This document shows positions 12,529-26,677 of a stretch of 64,000 nt of DNA, one piece after another. The notes beneath the pieces were generated by a model. That model worked only from the letters and a program-made list of their open reading frames with translations, was not told the DNA's origin and made no database searches. This DNA comes from Camelus ferus (Eukaryota). Location: NCBI RefSeq assembly GCF_009834535.1, contig NC_045697.1:70992001-71056000 (forward strand), read 5' to 3'. How positions within the stretch are numbered: the first letter of the stretch is position 1; every line of letters starts with the position of its first letter. A program made the translations under genes and the position numbers.

Positions 12529-15500
12529 TTAAAAAAAGAAAAATCCGGTTAGCCAGGGGAAAACAAAGGGCACAGCGGCTGCAGCAGGTGATGTTAGAGA
12601 TTTCGCAGTGAGAGAGGGGATCCTTTAGTGGAGAACAAAGTGACGGGACCTGAACACAACACGACAGACTCCTTACCATACCCGCAGATAACCGAGAGGT
12701 CTGGTAACAGCCAATGTCTCTTGCCAACCAAAATGTCCTCTTCAAGTTAGTCAGATGCAAACGTTTCTCTTGTCTTCTCGGAAGTTTGGCTCAACGAAAT
12801 CCCAAGCGGGTATTAAAAGGGAAAGGCTGCTACCAGGGACAGGTCTCTAGACCCAGCATCGACTGGCCGCATTGTTGGCATAATTACTACATCAAACGCC
12901 CTAACCTAGACAGACTGGAAATGGCCCTACTTTTACTATTCCATTGCAGTAGTAATGGCAAATTCAGTAGAATCATTGAGGCAGCTAGACCTAAAAATCT
13001 AGTAAAGAGCTTAGAGCAGAAGCTAAAAGGAACTATAAAAGGAACAAACTTGGGGTATTTCCATGGCATCTCAGGATCCCAGAAAGACTTTCTTGGCAAA
13101 CAACTCAATAGTGGCATGAAAAAAAAAATGAAATGATAAACTCTTGCTTCTCCACTCAGCTTTGGAAGCATGGGGAGTGGGTGACAAGGTAAAAGAAACT
13201 CAGAAAAATCAAGACCAGATTCCTAAGAAGAAACACTTTGACTTTCAGCAAGGAACAGGTCAAACTGGTTTTCATCTGGTCCATTACTGCCTAAATCAAA
13301 GAAAAACTCTTGCTTAATAGACCAATGGAGATGCAAGTGATGGTTCAAGAATAGCAAAGGGAAAATGCTTTTTGCAACTTTCAGCAAAAACGAATGGGAA
13401 TGGTTTGGGCCTTATTCAATGAAAACGTGGATTTCTCAAAGGAGGGGCATTGATATTTGATTTTTTTTTTTTTTTTTTTGGTAACCTTAGTGTGCTCCAG
13501 AGATAGATAAGGCATTTGAGCGAGAAACGTTAACAATTTCTTCAGTACGTGCACCAACAAGTGAGCTGAAAACAAAGTACATGAATAGGGAGCCAATGAC
13601 ATCACTTCGCTTTACTTCCTGTGAAAGTGCAAGCCAGACACTGAAGGGCCAGTCACCAATGCTGAACTGGGCTGCATCTCCATGGCTGATGCAGGACAAT
13701 GGCATTGTCCCCTTAGCCTTCCTACCCTATTTGAGGAAAAAAAAGGAAAGCAGTTTCAAGCTGAAACTTTACCAGCCACTCCCACACAAATATGCAGTGC
13801 CTTTCATTAGTATGGATGAGATTCTTAAATGATATACACAGTTGCTTTCAAACTCATTAAACGATGAGAAAGTTTGTTCCCCCCCCTGCATTTTAAAGAT
13901 TAGCATCATGGTGATTAGTCAACTATGAGAGGAAGAAGATGGGGAAATGGGGAAAGACCAAGGCCCAAAGCAAAGCTTCTTAATTCTTCTTTAATTCAAT
14001 CATAAATTGCAAAATAATAGAGCTGTCTAATGAGCACCCACTCTGAAAACTAACTCAAGTATTTTGAGGGACCAAAGTAGTACTCTGTTGTTTTCCTAGA
14101 CTACTGTGAACCTCATTTCATCATAATTAATATACATAAGTTTGTCATCATTACTGATGAAGCAATTTTACGAATTTAAATGGCAAAAAGTGGAATCTCT
14201 CTCTCTCTCTTTTTTTTTTAAGTTGTTTAAGGTTTTTAAAAGCCAATAGGTGGGGGGAGCGGAGAGATTCTAAATCTAGCTAGAACAATGGCTATGTCCG
14301 GAATGGGGCTCCATGTCTAATCGTTTCTGTCTCTCCTGGTCTGGAAGAATGTGCTCTGCTGTAGTTGCTGGTCAGACAATGGGTATTAGCAATTTACATT
14401 GGTAGGATACTTAACACAACACAGAGTCACAGAAACCACAGAAAACAGCCAAACTATCAACAAGAATGCACACTGCAGATTAGAGTTTGCCAAGAGGAAT
14501 AGAGAATTCCCACATAAATAGCAGTTTATTCACTGCTATTTAGGAAGCAGTTGTATTTTCTCTTACAGTGCCATCATTCCCGCTACCGGACCCAAATCAC
14601 GTACCAATCAGTCTAAAGCAGCACTTTTTTATAGCATATCGAAGGACCATATCATACAATTTTGGGAACGATAAAACATTATCTTGCAAGAACAAAATAC
14701 AACTGAAGAATTTTGTTTTAAAGGGGAACTTCGAATTATGCTTTTTAAAATTTCCAGATGGTAACGTACAGTGCATATCATATTAAAAACTACTTTGATT
14801 GGCAGTTCTCTCGTAACTATACGTTTAAAGAGCACTCGATTCAAAAGCAATTGCTAGAGGGTCCCCTGCGTGATCCCAGAGCAGCGCTAGGACACGGTTG
14901 TGTGCCCTCCTCGCTTCTTCTGAAGCACCTAGCACAGTGCCTGGTGCAACGCAGACACTCAGTAAGACATTAACCAATTGAGTGATGATTCAATACTCAC
15001 TATGCTTGTTACTGGCCACTTCCACAGCCACGAGAGACTGTCAAACGCTTTAGAATATTTTGCTGGTGCTAACTGTCCTACAAATACCAGGAGGTTAAAA
15101 TTTCATAAGACTAGCAGAACTGTTTATCTCGTACACAGCTGTCTCTCGGAATATTTTTTAGAGGCATAAATGAATGTTGAACTACAACGCAGCACTACTC
15201 AAATGAGCTTTTTCTTTTTGCTAGAAATTTCTTAAGACTAGACTTCATAGAGCTATTTTTATTCTCGTTTCAGCGCTGACTGAAAGTGATTTGAGGGAGG
15301 GACATGGTTCAGCTCCAAGAATATTGTTTTATCCATTATTTGTCAAAACGGCTGCCATAACCCCCACCCGACATGGTTCAAGATAAATAATCCTTTTGTT
15401 TTCTGTGATTATCCTAGGATCATTGTATACAAAGTCAAACATAGCTTTAAGGGAAAAAAAAATAAACAAACAAACAAACCAGAAAAGGACATTTTCCCCT

Positions 15501-15587
15501 TTAAAGCAAGAACATTTTTGGTTAATACTGAGCCACAACTGTTAGCCCAACACCCACACACTCTGTACAAGCTACAGCAAAAAAAAA

Positions 15588-15618
<31 letters not shown>

Positions 15619-15690
15619 AAAGAAAATGAATACACCCAGCAGAGCCCTTGTCTGTTGCAGGTACAACAGAAAGGGGACTGGCCAATTTAC

Positions 15691-15720
15691 CTTCATCAGC
15701 CTCAATAGCCTCAACAGTAG
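15691..15720 (-). CDS. PPP3CA: PPP3CA exon 13, a 30-nt frame-preserving cassette exon: ATVEAIEADE
   Basis: Minus strand reads tctcttcag|CTACTGTTGAGGCTATTGAGGCTGATGAAG|gtaaat; matches the known alternatively spliced 10-aa insert. Confidence 0.95.
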
Positions 15721-17928
15721 CTGAAGAGAAGAAAGGGGGTGCAAAATGAATGAGAAAAATGAGCAGAGGATTTTTAACTCTAAGAACAAATCAGTGACGA
15801 TCAAGGGAGCTAAGAGGATTAATGTTCCTGTAAGTGCTGGATTCTGACACAGACAACAAAACAGAAATGCTAAAAAGAAAGGGAAAAAACAAAACGAAAG
15901 TGGTAAGTTTATTTCATGAGCTGGATACACCTATCTGAGTGAACCGCTTTGGATTTTGCTCACTAAATGAACGACAAAACGATCAACCTTTGGAAAACAC
16001 TCAGGGAAGGTTTCTTTCGCTTAGACTGAATCTACAGGGCACTCGGTCAACCTAAAATGTGCATTTGGCTCATACAAAGTATGATAAATCCACTACTATG
16101 ATTAGCGATTTATAGTTTTAAAATGCCCCCCTAAAACAGCAGAAGTTGAAGCATTACCATAATGTCAGTGGCATAATTTATGCTGTTTAATATTAAATAG
16201 CATGATTTCCTAGTGGGATGGAAAAGCAGGGAGGATATACATTTAGAGGAAGAATAAAATCAATGTGTCTGCTTTGATAACATGTGGGACTTTTAAAGAC
16301 AAACACTGGGCATGTTTAGAGTGGTGACAGAGAAAGGCAAAAGGAACAGGAAAAAATGGGTATAGTTTGGACTTCTTTTGCCAGGCAACCCATTTTAAAA
16401 TGAGTTTTCCTCATTGGAATATCATTTTGGGAAACAAAATTCTTGCAATGTTACCATCAAGAGGTAACATGCCAGTAGCATCAATAATTCTATTAGTGTT
16501 TTAAAGAAAAGATGGTCTAAATACTGAAACCTAAGCATATTTTAGAGGCAAACTTTAAACGCCCATTGCTTTATCAGCTATTTTTACAATAAGGTTAAGG
16601 TCTACATTCTCACTATACAGGTATATGAATCCTACTTTGCTATTAAAGCTAGGGGATACTTCCCTAATTAAGTGCGAAAATGCAAAACTCCTCTGTAACT
16701 CCAAAATGTTTAATATTAAAATCCTACCCCTTGACTTTAATTTGCAGATTTCTTATAATTGAAGGTCTTAAAACTAGAGTAACTGCTAAATGTGCAGTAT
16801 AATTCACTTATAGTGCATTTCAAATTCCTTATGATAGAAATGCAGAATGGTTACCACCATGGAGAAAAGCTAAATAGCAAAACTTTAAGTAGTTTCCCCT
16901 TTTGGACAAATTAAAGGGCATCAGACAATGAATTTTGAAATTGTACTGATGTACATGGTTTAAAATATACAATGGCTTTTCCAATTCTCAGGACTACTGA
17001 GGTTCCAAACCTTATGTCTGCTATCTATGTATGTGCTTGTGTGTGTATGTAAGTTCAACACAGAATAACAAACCAATGGATTTAAAATAAAACAACAGAA
17101 AAGGAAACTGAATAACCCAGGTAAAAATCCAGAAACAAAACAAAGAACTGTAAGTTTAAAAGTAAAGCAAACATCTGGAACCGCACCAGCACCAACATAT
17201 TAAAAATATGTACTTTCATCATTAAATGTATTCTTCTAAAGCAATTGTGGCCCATAGTTTCTGATAATATACTTGCTGTACCTTAAAACTGTGCTTCTCA
17301 GAAACTATGCAGATTTCAGTCAATTAGATGGTTGTGCATTTTGTGCATATAAATTATCTCTTTGTGCTAATGTTCTTAGACAGCATGTTTACTTTGGTGG
17401 GAAATTTTGGGGGTTTTTTTTTGGTTATTAAATAATCATTAGCTATAAATTAAAGGGCCAATTTACTTCAGTTCTGTGGTATTCTCCTACCTTCATTTAG
17501 AAATTTTTTCTTTTTGTGGAAACTAAGGGGCATTGATTTTGGAATAAATTCACACGAAAATAAAGGAAATTACAGTGATGCTGCCGGAATGTGATCACTT
17601 AGCAGAACCGTATTGATGAAGTTGGACATCACTCTCTGTGTGAAAGAGGTGAATCTAAACAACATAACCATGAGAATACCAGAATCTGGGACAAGGATAG
17701 AAAAGAAAACACAAAAAAAAGCTTCAGGGAAAGATACAGGAACATAAGCAAGAGGCTGAGATTGTTTTGAAAATGTTATAGCATATTTCTGTTTTCAATT
17801 TTTTCAATTAAAGTCGAATAGAAAAGCACAATTTCCATAAAGTATGCTAAAATTGGACTCTAATGAATGATATTACTTAAAATAGGTAAAAAAAAACATA
17901 AGTAACAAAAGTAAAATAGCTATATTGA

Positions 17929-18127
17929 CTGTGCTGTCTAATATGGTAGCCACTAGCCACATGTAGCTATTTAAATCAAACTAATGAAAATTAGATGAAA
18001 TAAAAAATTCAGTTTTCTCGGCTGTATGAGCTGTATTTCAAGTGCTCAATAGCCCCATATATTGCCAGTGGCTTCTGTACAGATACAGAAATCTCCATCA
18101 TCACATGAAGTTCTAGTGGACAGCACT
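17929..18127 (+). mobile_element. MER3-like hAT-Charlie non-autonomous DNA transposon relic
   Basis: gtgctgtctaatatggtagccactagccacatgtagctattt...tttcaagtgctcaatagcc...tggacagcac, with imperfect terminal inverted repeats (gtgctgtc/gacagcac). Confidence 0.75.
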
Positions 18128-18652
18128 CAACCAAAAAACTAGAGATTTCATCTGTTTTCAAAAATAAAATATGGTTCTACTCAGTCTCCTTTGTTTTAGA
18201 TGAATAAATCTGAGAAAAGACCCATATGGCTTCAATTTCAATTCCAGTGGATAACGAAATCAGCCCTTTTATATTCTTCCATTCTCCAGTAAATCCTAGG
18301 CTTAGGCATGTATATTTATGTGTGTATGTGTTTATTTCATCAAGCAAACAGATAACCAATACATTTAAGAAAAATGTAATTAAAAAGTCGTTTCTAGCAA
18401 CTGCTTGGCTCCAAGTGGCCAACTCTACTATGCATGTGCGTGACCTGAACGAGCTGTCTCACAGCCGGGCCTGAAATCCTGGTTCATACGCAAATGAGGA
18501 GATGGGGGCGGCGGGGTACAGACCACCATTCCAGGCAATGAGGGCGCGACTGAGTGGGGGCGTGACTGGTCAAACCGCTGGGAGGTTTCAGCCCTGCTTC
18601 CAGCGGAGAAGAACTGAAGACCAACACCAAACTCAAATGGATGAATAAATCA

Positions 18653-18847
<195 letters not shown>

Positions 18848-19859
18848 TTACCTTTTATTTTCTTTCAGGAAAAAGAAAAAACTTGAAGCGAAAAAAGAAA
18901 TGTATGTAAGAACGAACTCACATTTACCTCTCTTGATCGCTTTCTCTCTCTCTCTTTTTTGTACTTAAAACATACTGTATTTTCATACATTGATGTAGAA
19001 GTCATGCTATGTAAATGACACGACTGCTAGGATAGAGTTTGGAATTACACCGTGGTGGAGGTTCCGTCCCTTCTGAGTACTCAAGATACAGAACACAATT
19101 CTGATTTTGCACGCCGGCATCACAGTACAGTGTTTGTGGGCAGCCTCCGTGACACCGTAAGTATGTTAAAAAACAAACAAACAAAGCCAGGGAGACTGCT
19201 GATGTCAGTTTTCCAGCCAAGGCTCAGCAAAAAGAAGTAGAGCTGATCTGACTGGGGAGAGAAGACCAGAGACTACCTGAGAGATGAAAAAAATCCGATC
19301 TATGGATCGAGAAACTAGGAACCACATCCGGGGATCATTAAGGAATTCCGACATTACATGACACACACCAGAAATAATGGCAACTAGTCAATAAAACAAC
19401 TGGTGAAGTTTCCAGCTTTTCTTTTCAGCCTCTTTCCCCACTGATTTGCTTAATATAAAATTACTTGACTAGTCATTATGATAATTGTTTTATCATCCGT
19501 TTTATATACTTCATTCATTATTTTGATTACATTTAGTAATCACAGCAAAGCATTAATCAAATGATTAAATAACCATAAAATAGGAATCACCTCATATATT
19601 TCCATATAACAGACCCTGTTATCTGACATAACCAGAAAAAAAAATAGTTACAGTACACACACACACACACATATAATGTCTGTAATATGTACAACTATCT
19701 ATGTCACATTTTTATGAAGATGGCTAATATGACCCAAACAAAATTCCCAAACTACCCCCAAAGCTACTACTTCACAATCTTTCTTCAACTTCATCTTTTT
19801 TAAAAACTTGTTTTAACTTCATGTTCATCTTAGTTGAAAGAATGACCCTTTTGCTCCTT

Positions 19860-20985
19860 TTATCCTTTCTTATTCCACATCTATCAGTCAGTAAATCTTG
19901 AGGGTTCTACCCTTCAAATATTTCCAGTATCTTACCACTTGTCACAATACCAGTCCCTCACCGCTTTTAAAAACAGCCTTTTTTTGTGATATAACTAAGT
20001 TACCATAACAATCTGCCCACTTAAAGTGTATAATTCAATCAATGGTTTTTCTTCTGTTTACATAGTTGTGAAACCATCACCACAATGAATTTCAGCACAT
20101 TTTCATTAATCCAGAAAGAAATCTTGTGTCCATTAGAGGTCACTCTGCATTTCTTTCAGTCCTATACAACCACTCATCTGCTTTCTGTAGATTTGCTTCT
20201 TCTGGACACTTCTTACAAATGGCAGCTTGTGGTCTTCTGTGACTGACTTCTTTCCCTAACCACCAGCATCTTACCTGGATCACTCCAGCAGCCTCTTAAC
20301 TGGTCTCTCTGCTCCAGCCTGGTCACGCTCGTGCCCCCTCCTCCCATTATCTATTCTCAGTATACTAGCCAGGTTGAGCCTTTTAGTACCTACACAGATC
20401 CTGTCACTCCTCTATGCAAAACTCTCCAATGGTTTCTCCTCTTATTAAAGGTGAAAGGCATAAATCTTTAAAAGATTTGCCCAGAGCCCTAAAGAACTAG
20501 CTCCCAACCCACAGTCTCCCATCCTCACCCATCTCTCGGACTTCATGTCTTACCAGCGACCACTTCCCTTGGTGTTCCTCAAACACACCCTGCACACCTC
20601 GCCTTGGGGTGCTGCACTGTTCTGTCACACTCTTCCCCCAGGTATCTGCGTGACTCCGTCCCTCCCAGCCTCCAACTCTCTGCTCAAGCATTGCCTCCTA
20701 AGTGAGGACTTCCTTGAAAATGCTAAATCAAATGCTAATTAAAATATATGCACCTTCTTACTCTTTATCTCTCCTTGCCTATTTTATTTTTTAATTAATT
20801 AATTAAGTAAGTAAGTAAGTAATTTCTTTTGAGCTCCTCTGCCTGCTACATCCACCCTAGCTAGAGAAGCTTCAAGTGAACAGGGGTTTCTGACTGCTTT
20901 GTTTCTGCTCCATCCACAACACCTAGATCAGAACAGGACTCTGTACATAGTCGATCGACATTCAAAAAACATTTGCTAAGGGAAG
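19860..20985 (+). mobile_element. LINE-2 3' fragment, interrupted by an L1 fragment; boundaries approximate
   Basis: L2-type motifs: ctacccttcaaatatttccag, cagcctcttaactggtctctctgc, tcactcctctatgcaaaactctccaatgg, and the tail aaacatttgctaagggaagg. Confidence 0.65.
19970..20258 (-). mobile_element. L1MB-like 3' end fragment
   Basis: cccacttaaagtgtataattcaat...ttgtgaaaccatcaccacaat...tctgtagatttgcttcttctggacac, typical of an antisense L1MB 3' UTR. Confidence 0.7.
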
Positions 20986-23645
20986 GAGTCAAAGGAAAAT
21001 AGAATGAGGCATGGTAGTGTTAATCCACATTTTAGATTTCTGAGTCTTTTCCTGCTATTTAGAGCCAACCCGTAAGCTCAGGCTAATGGTTAGTCCCCAG
21101 TATGCTGAGAAAGAAAACTCTTCTCCTCTTGGCCCCTCCGATTCCACACCTGACAGAGGAATTGCCTTCTCTGCTAGCTCCTTCCCCAGGATGTTCACTT
21201 TGAAGCACAAGTCCTGAGTGCATTCACTTGACTGGTGGATCCCAGCAACATGCAGCTCCTTATGGGCCAGGGCTCCTGAAAGACAGGTTTCTGGTTCCCT
21301 TACAATATTGCAAATTATCAAAATGTCAGGACTGTGTTGGACAGCTCTACCTGACAAATGTGTACCACCATCCGGATTCATCCATTACATGTTAAAACAT
21401 CTAGCTTCACAAACTCCTTGTATTCGTCTCTTCCCTTGCATCTCTCCTCCCACAGTCTGCTTCAACATCTTTTGCTTGGATTACTTCAATGGCTTCTTAA
21501 ATGCTCTGACACCTGTAAGTCATCTTGCTATGCGATCTTCACACGGTCATTACATATTCATCTCAACATGGGTTACAGCATGCCTCTCATCCTGTGAAAA
21601 CCATCCATGACTCCTTGTTGCCAAGATATAAAAAATTACACGCTTAACCATGGTCTTCAAATCCATCGAGAATCTGGACTTAAATACACTTTTCAGCCTC
21701 ATTTTTTACTAGATTCCACACTCATCTTCATGTCTTACTATCCAGCTCTTCTAAATACTTAGGATTCACTGACTACACAGTTTACTTTGAAGTCAGATTC
21801 TCATCAGTACTGCTCACTAACTGAGTGAGTTTGGACACGTTGCTTAGCCTCTTTCAGTTGGTTTCCTCATTGAGGTCAACTCCACTTTGCCAGCTTGCTA
21901 TGTGGATTCCTCTCAAATGGGTGCGCCACGGGGCATAGGGCATCTGGCCCTTAACGAGCACCCCAGAAAACACTGCTCTTAGGTCCCTGGGATCTTGAGG
22001 ATTTCTCAGCTGCCAGGAATGCCTTCACCACAGTCCTCCACCTAGTGGAATCCAGCCTAGCCTCCACAGCACTTCCCCAACGGCAACCTCTTCACAAACA
22101 TTCCTTTCAGGAAACAAAAGGGCTCCTTCCTGGCCTCTTCCACAGCAGGGCGCCTCTCCATGTATTTAGCATACATCCCATTGCCTTATTTAATTTACTG
22201 TCTACACATCTGGCATTTCAATTTGGTGTCCACTTTGCCTAACGTAGTGTATAGTATACATTTAACGCTCAATCATGACTTACTTTTCTCTAGATATGAC
22301 CACCCTGTGTTCAACACATTTACGACAGACGCTTTTATTATAGGAAGCAATACTATGCCCCGTGTTTTTATTTTTCTATCAATATGTGAAATCTTAAGTA
22401 ACTGATCATCAGTGGGTTCAAATGAACCATTTCTCAGCTGGGAATAACTGCATCTTACAAACCAGCAGGCAGGGGACTAGCAGAGCTTTCCAATCTTAAG
22501 ACCTATCTATGATTCTGCAGCACTGCGCCTGCCACCTTCATGTATTCTGCAGACATGTAGGTACAAAGACTTTTTAAAAATTTTTTTCTTCCACTGCTTT
22601 ATTACATTTATTTTGAATGAATGAATGAGCCCTGCAAGTTCAGTGAGGAATATAAAGCACTGGAGCCGCGGTGGCCGCATTCACTAGGCTGTGGGGAGCG
22701 ACTATGCTCGTCCTTAGCTCTCACAGGACTTTTCAAGATTTGGCTGCTACCGCGGAGCTATTCCTGCCTTTGATCTGGTGTCTCTGGGAAAGGATGATCG
22801 TGCTTTTCATCCTTCTCCTGGCTCCTGCTTTTGGTGTCAAATCACTTAATTACTCTTGAGTGACTCTACCAAGAGTAGGGTAGAAATAGCAAGAAGGAGA
22901 AATCAAAAGAGCCAGGGTAGTGACTCCTGGAAAAAGAGTTGGAAAAAAAAAATCTGGCAGATATTATGTTATGAAATTATACAATGTGGAGATGGATTTA
23001 CTCCCAAGATATTCCTATTTACCCTTGTTAATGTGTAATTGTGAACTGACTGTATATTCCTAACATACAATAATACCGTATTTGAAAGCAATATTTCCAA
23101 GAGAAATATAGTTACTTTGTATTATCCAGGAATAGATAACTGAATTTAAGTAAAGAAAAGTGTAGTTAATACTCTTCGAGAAAATACTTGTCTTCTAAAT
23201 CCATGCTTAATAACATGATTCATGATCTATTTAAAAAATAACTACCATATGGGAATTGAAACACTAAATAACTTTTTTCCTTCAATGATTTATTACAATA
23301 ATTTAGATTCACATGAACATGCTTTACGGTTGATGCTCATTTCCTAGAAATCTAGTGGAATGCACCTGATAAATTCATCTTTTACTGCAGAGCAAGAGTG
23401 AAAAATAAAAAGGATTATAATAGCTTTTCTATTTTATAACATGTTCAATCTATTGTGAAATGAAGGTTTTAAAGTCCTGCAGCAAACAGAGGGATAAAAT
23501 GTGAAGCAGTCCATTTAGAGGCTTTCTCTATGGAAATAATTTAGTAGTCTCAATTTGACTAAAATAGTGAGGAACTGACAATTCCATTAAAAAATAATTA
23601 TGAAAAGCAAATAGTTTCTTGTAAAATGTTTAAATTACCAGATTA

Positions 23646-23804
<159 letters not shown>

Positions 23805-26531
23805 TTAAAAACAGAGTTAAGAAGTCAGATGACTTTTTCTTTAACTCTAACTATTTTACCAATTTACATACTTAACAGACTGTACTCAGAAAAACCAGGT
23901 TGGTTTGTTTGGTTTTCCCTCTCTAAGGATTTACCTGTAAATCAAGTTTAAAAGCCTATGCTTCTGACCATGAATACTTGCCTGTGATTCTTCAGAGGTC
24001 CCCTAAATGCCAGAGAGCCACTTCTGAGCATTCCAGGGGGAGGGGTAAACAGCTCACTGAAAAATCACTGAGCAGGTGGGGCAGGTTCCTACCCTTCTCT
24101 TCTAATTGAGTTCCCTTCTCTTCTGCTTATACAAAGAGAATGTGCATTGGCAGAAAAAGTGAGTCACTAGAATCTTCTACCCACTTCCGGGCTCCACGTT
24201 GGGAAGACTACTTTAGGAAACTTCTTTTTCAAAAGTTCTCCCTTGAAGTGATCAAGCTAGGGGCTATCTTAACCCCCTACGTTCCCTGGACTATCCTTTA
24301 CATTAATTAACGGCCATAAAACATCTGTTCTGTGCTTGGTAGTCTTTCCTCTCGCAGTCGGTTCACAAGACCTAGAGGAAAAAGTGGAAAACCTACTAAG
24401 CTGGACTTGGTGACAGATCGTGGCACGTGGTTTATATTTTAGCACCTATGTAAAAATGTCACTCACAGGCCTGTCTCAGTTTTGTCACTGACTGCATTTT
24501 CCAAATTAAAAAAAAAAAATCTACATATTATTATAATAAATAGTTTCCTTTTTTATATTTTAAAAATAATACTGTATGATCTTTAGTGAACCTATTTTAT
24601 TTTTTCTTAAATTCTCAAGTTAATGTTTAGAGAAGTGCAAAAAACAAAACAAACAAAAAAAACCTCTCTTTTTAAGGTGTTTATAATCCAAGGTAAAAAG
24701 GATAAGATGTCTTTTTCACACATCATATGGGACTTTGTAGGAAGTGTTAACACCAGCAGATCATTTTTCTAATTCTTCTGCCACTAACAGAAATACAACA
24801 AAATATTCCTTTCAGAGAATAGCAGATAATGAAATGTTCCTCACCTAAATGAACAGTTTAAGTCATAGAATGTGTTCAGAGAATGGTCTATAGATGATAA
24901 CTGGTGTAAGTTTTGGTCTTTTAATCCATGGTAAGAACAAGATTTCTGACCTTATTTGGAAGGAAAGATTTCTGTTGTCTCCCCTGACTTTTAAGAATTC
25001 AGTTTGGAATCTTTTTCATTGTTTGCTAAGGGCCAAACAATTAATCACAGCTCTAACATGTCTATAAGAAAGAAAACCCACACCAACACTCATACAATTT
25101 TGAAATGGCCAGAAAAAGGTCTCTGCTTTTCTCTCCACCCAAGAAAGTGAAAACACAACAGGCCACGTTTTCCTCCTGGGTGGGTTAATTTGTCAGAGGT
25201 GATGCCAACCCACACCCACCTCACGCACCCAGGGATATTCCTCAGAAAGCTGTACTAGGCAGCTGGTTTCCTCTCACTTCCTCTCTGACCTGAAAGCCTT
25301 CAAACAGCCCATATTGTTGTCTATTTCTTTTTCTCTAGTGGCAATCACACCATGGCAGGTATCCCCCCACACATCTGATTAACAGAACTTAGTATTGCCA
25401 GCTCTCCTGCCTGCAAATGAGTGGAGTAAGTTTAAATCCATCTGGGAGAAAGCCACCGTCCAATCCAGCATTTCTGATAATGAAGTGGAACCATGGATCC
25501 TCATTCATGATTGGTCCCTTGAATTATACTCTGCTGGCCAAAACATTGGAGAAGAAAATGGGACGTGTGTAGGTGCTGCCTCAAACTTTATTCCGAGTTT
25601 CTAACAATATTTATTATCCATGATTTGTAATGAAGATTCTTTATATAATAAATCCTGTCCTAGAGACCATGTGAATGTCTGAAGTGTCTATGCCTTAATT
25701 TTAGATGATTTATGATCAAGAGACGACTAAAGGACACTTGATAAGGGAAAAAAGTGGGATGGCAATTAGTCTTCTTACAGTAGTTTTTCTATTTTTTTAG
25801 TTCTTCAGTTAAATCCTGCTTCAGTCTAACTATTCAGCCTGCTATTATCACTCTATGTTTAATTTTCCCAAGTCTAACCCAGTCCACTGAGAGGTCATGA
25901 TGTGCTAAGGGGAAAGATTCTGACCCTCTCCAAGAACAGTATGGCCAGATCATAAGGTCAATCCAACAGACACAAAGACTCGAAAGTAGGGGAGTGCTCC
26001 AAAAATGGGGACTATATTTAGAAGCACAACCAGGAAAGCAGCAAGAAGAAGTAGTTAAATGTCTAGAAATGAAATGGGATATATTTAAGAGAAATGAGAA
26101 GGGGAAAAATGTAAAATCAAGGAAGTGAAAAATATATAAGAAGGATAATCTCTCAGGAAATTTTCATTAAAGGACTTGTAAAAAGCATAACCAGAGCAAT
26201 GAAAAGCCAGAAACTAGGCAGGAAAAAAAGGGGAATAAATTATGTAGAGCTGTCCTTTTCAGCTCAGTATAAGCTGGTACTCAGAAAAATGCTCAAATAG
26301 ATGCAGAATTTTAAATGTAAAATGAACATTCTGACAGTTGGAGCCAGTTTAGCATTCCTCACTTTTCAGATCTAATGACTCCACTGGAGAGTAGAGAGCA
26401 GAATACCCTAGTTCATGTGTCCACAGTCGTGCTCCCAACAAATGGGGATTCACATCGTATTGCAGCACTTTTCTTAATGAAGTAATGCTGTCCCTTATCT
26501 ATCTGTCTGTCTGTCTATCTATCTATCTGTG

Positions 26532-26677
26532 TATGTATTTATTTATATTGCTATATAGTTGATTTACAATGTGTCAGTTTCTGGTGAAGTATGAAATAAT
26601 GCCATTAAGTAGCAACATGGCTGGACTAGAGATTATCATACTTAGTGAAGTCGGTCAGACAGAGAAGGACAGATATC
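26532..26677. mobile_element. Short L1 insertion made of two oppositely oriented pieces
   Basis: 26532-26586 is an antisense L1 3' terminus (tatagttgatttacaatgtgtcagtttctggtg). 26587-26677 is the sense end of L1 ORF2 (gaaataatgccatt..gcaacatgg..ctagagattatcatacttagtgaagt..gtcagacagagaagg). Confidence 0.65.

Noticed and set aside
15409..15930. Longest ORF (173 aa, minus strand) overlapping exon 13
   Set aside because: It is in a different frame from exon 13, and its F/L-rich composition comes from T-rich tracts.
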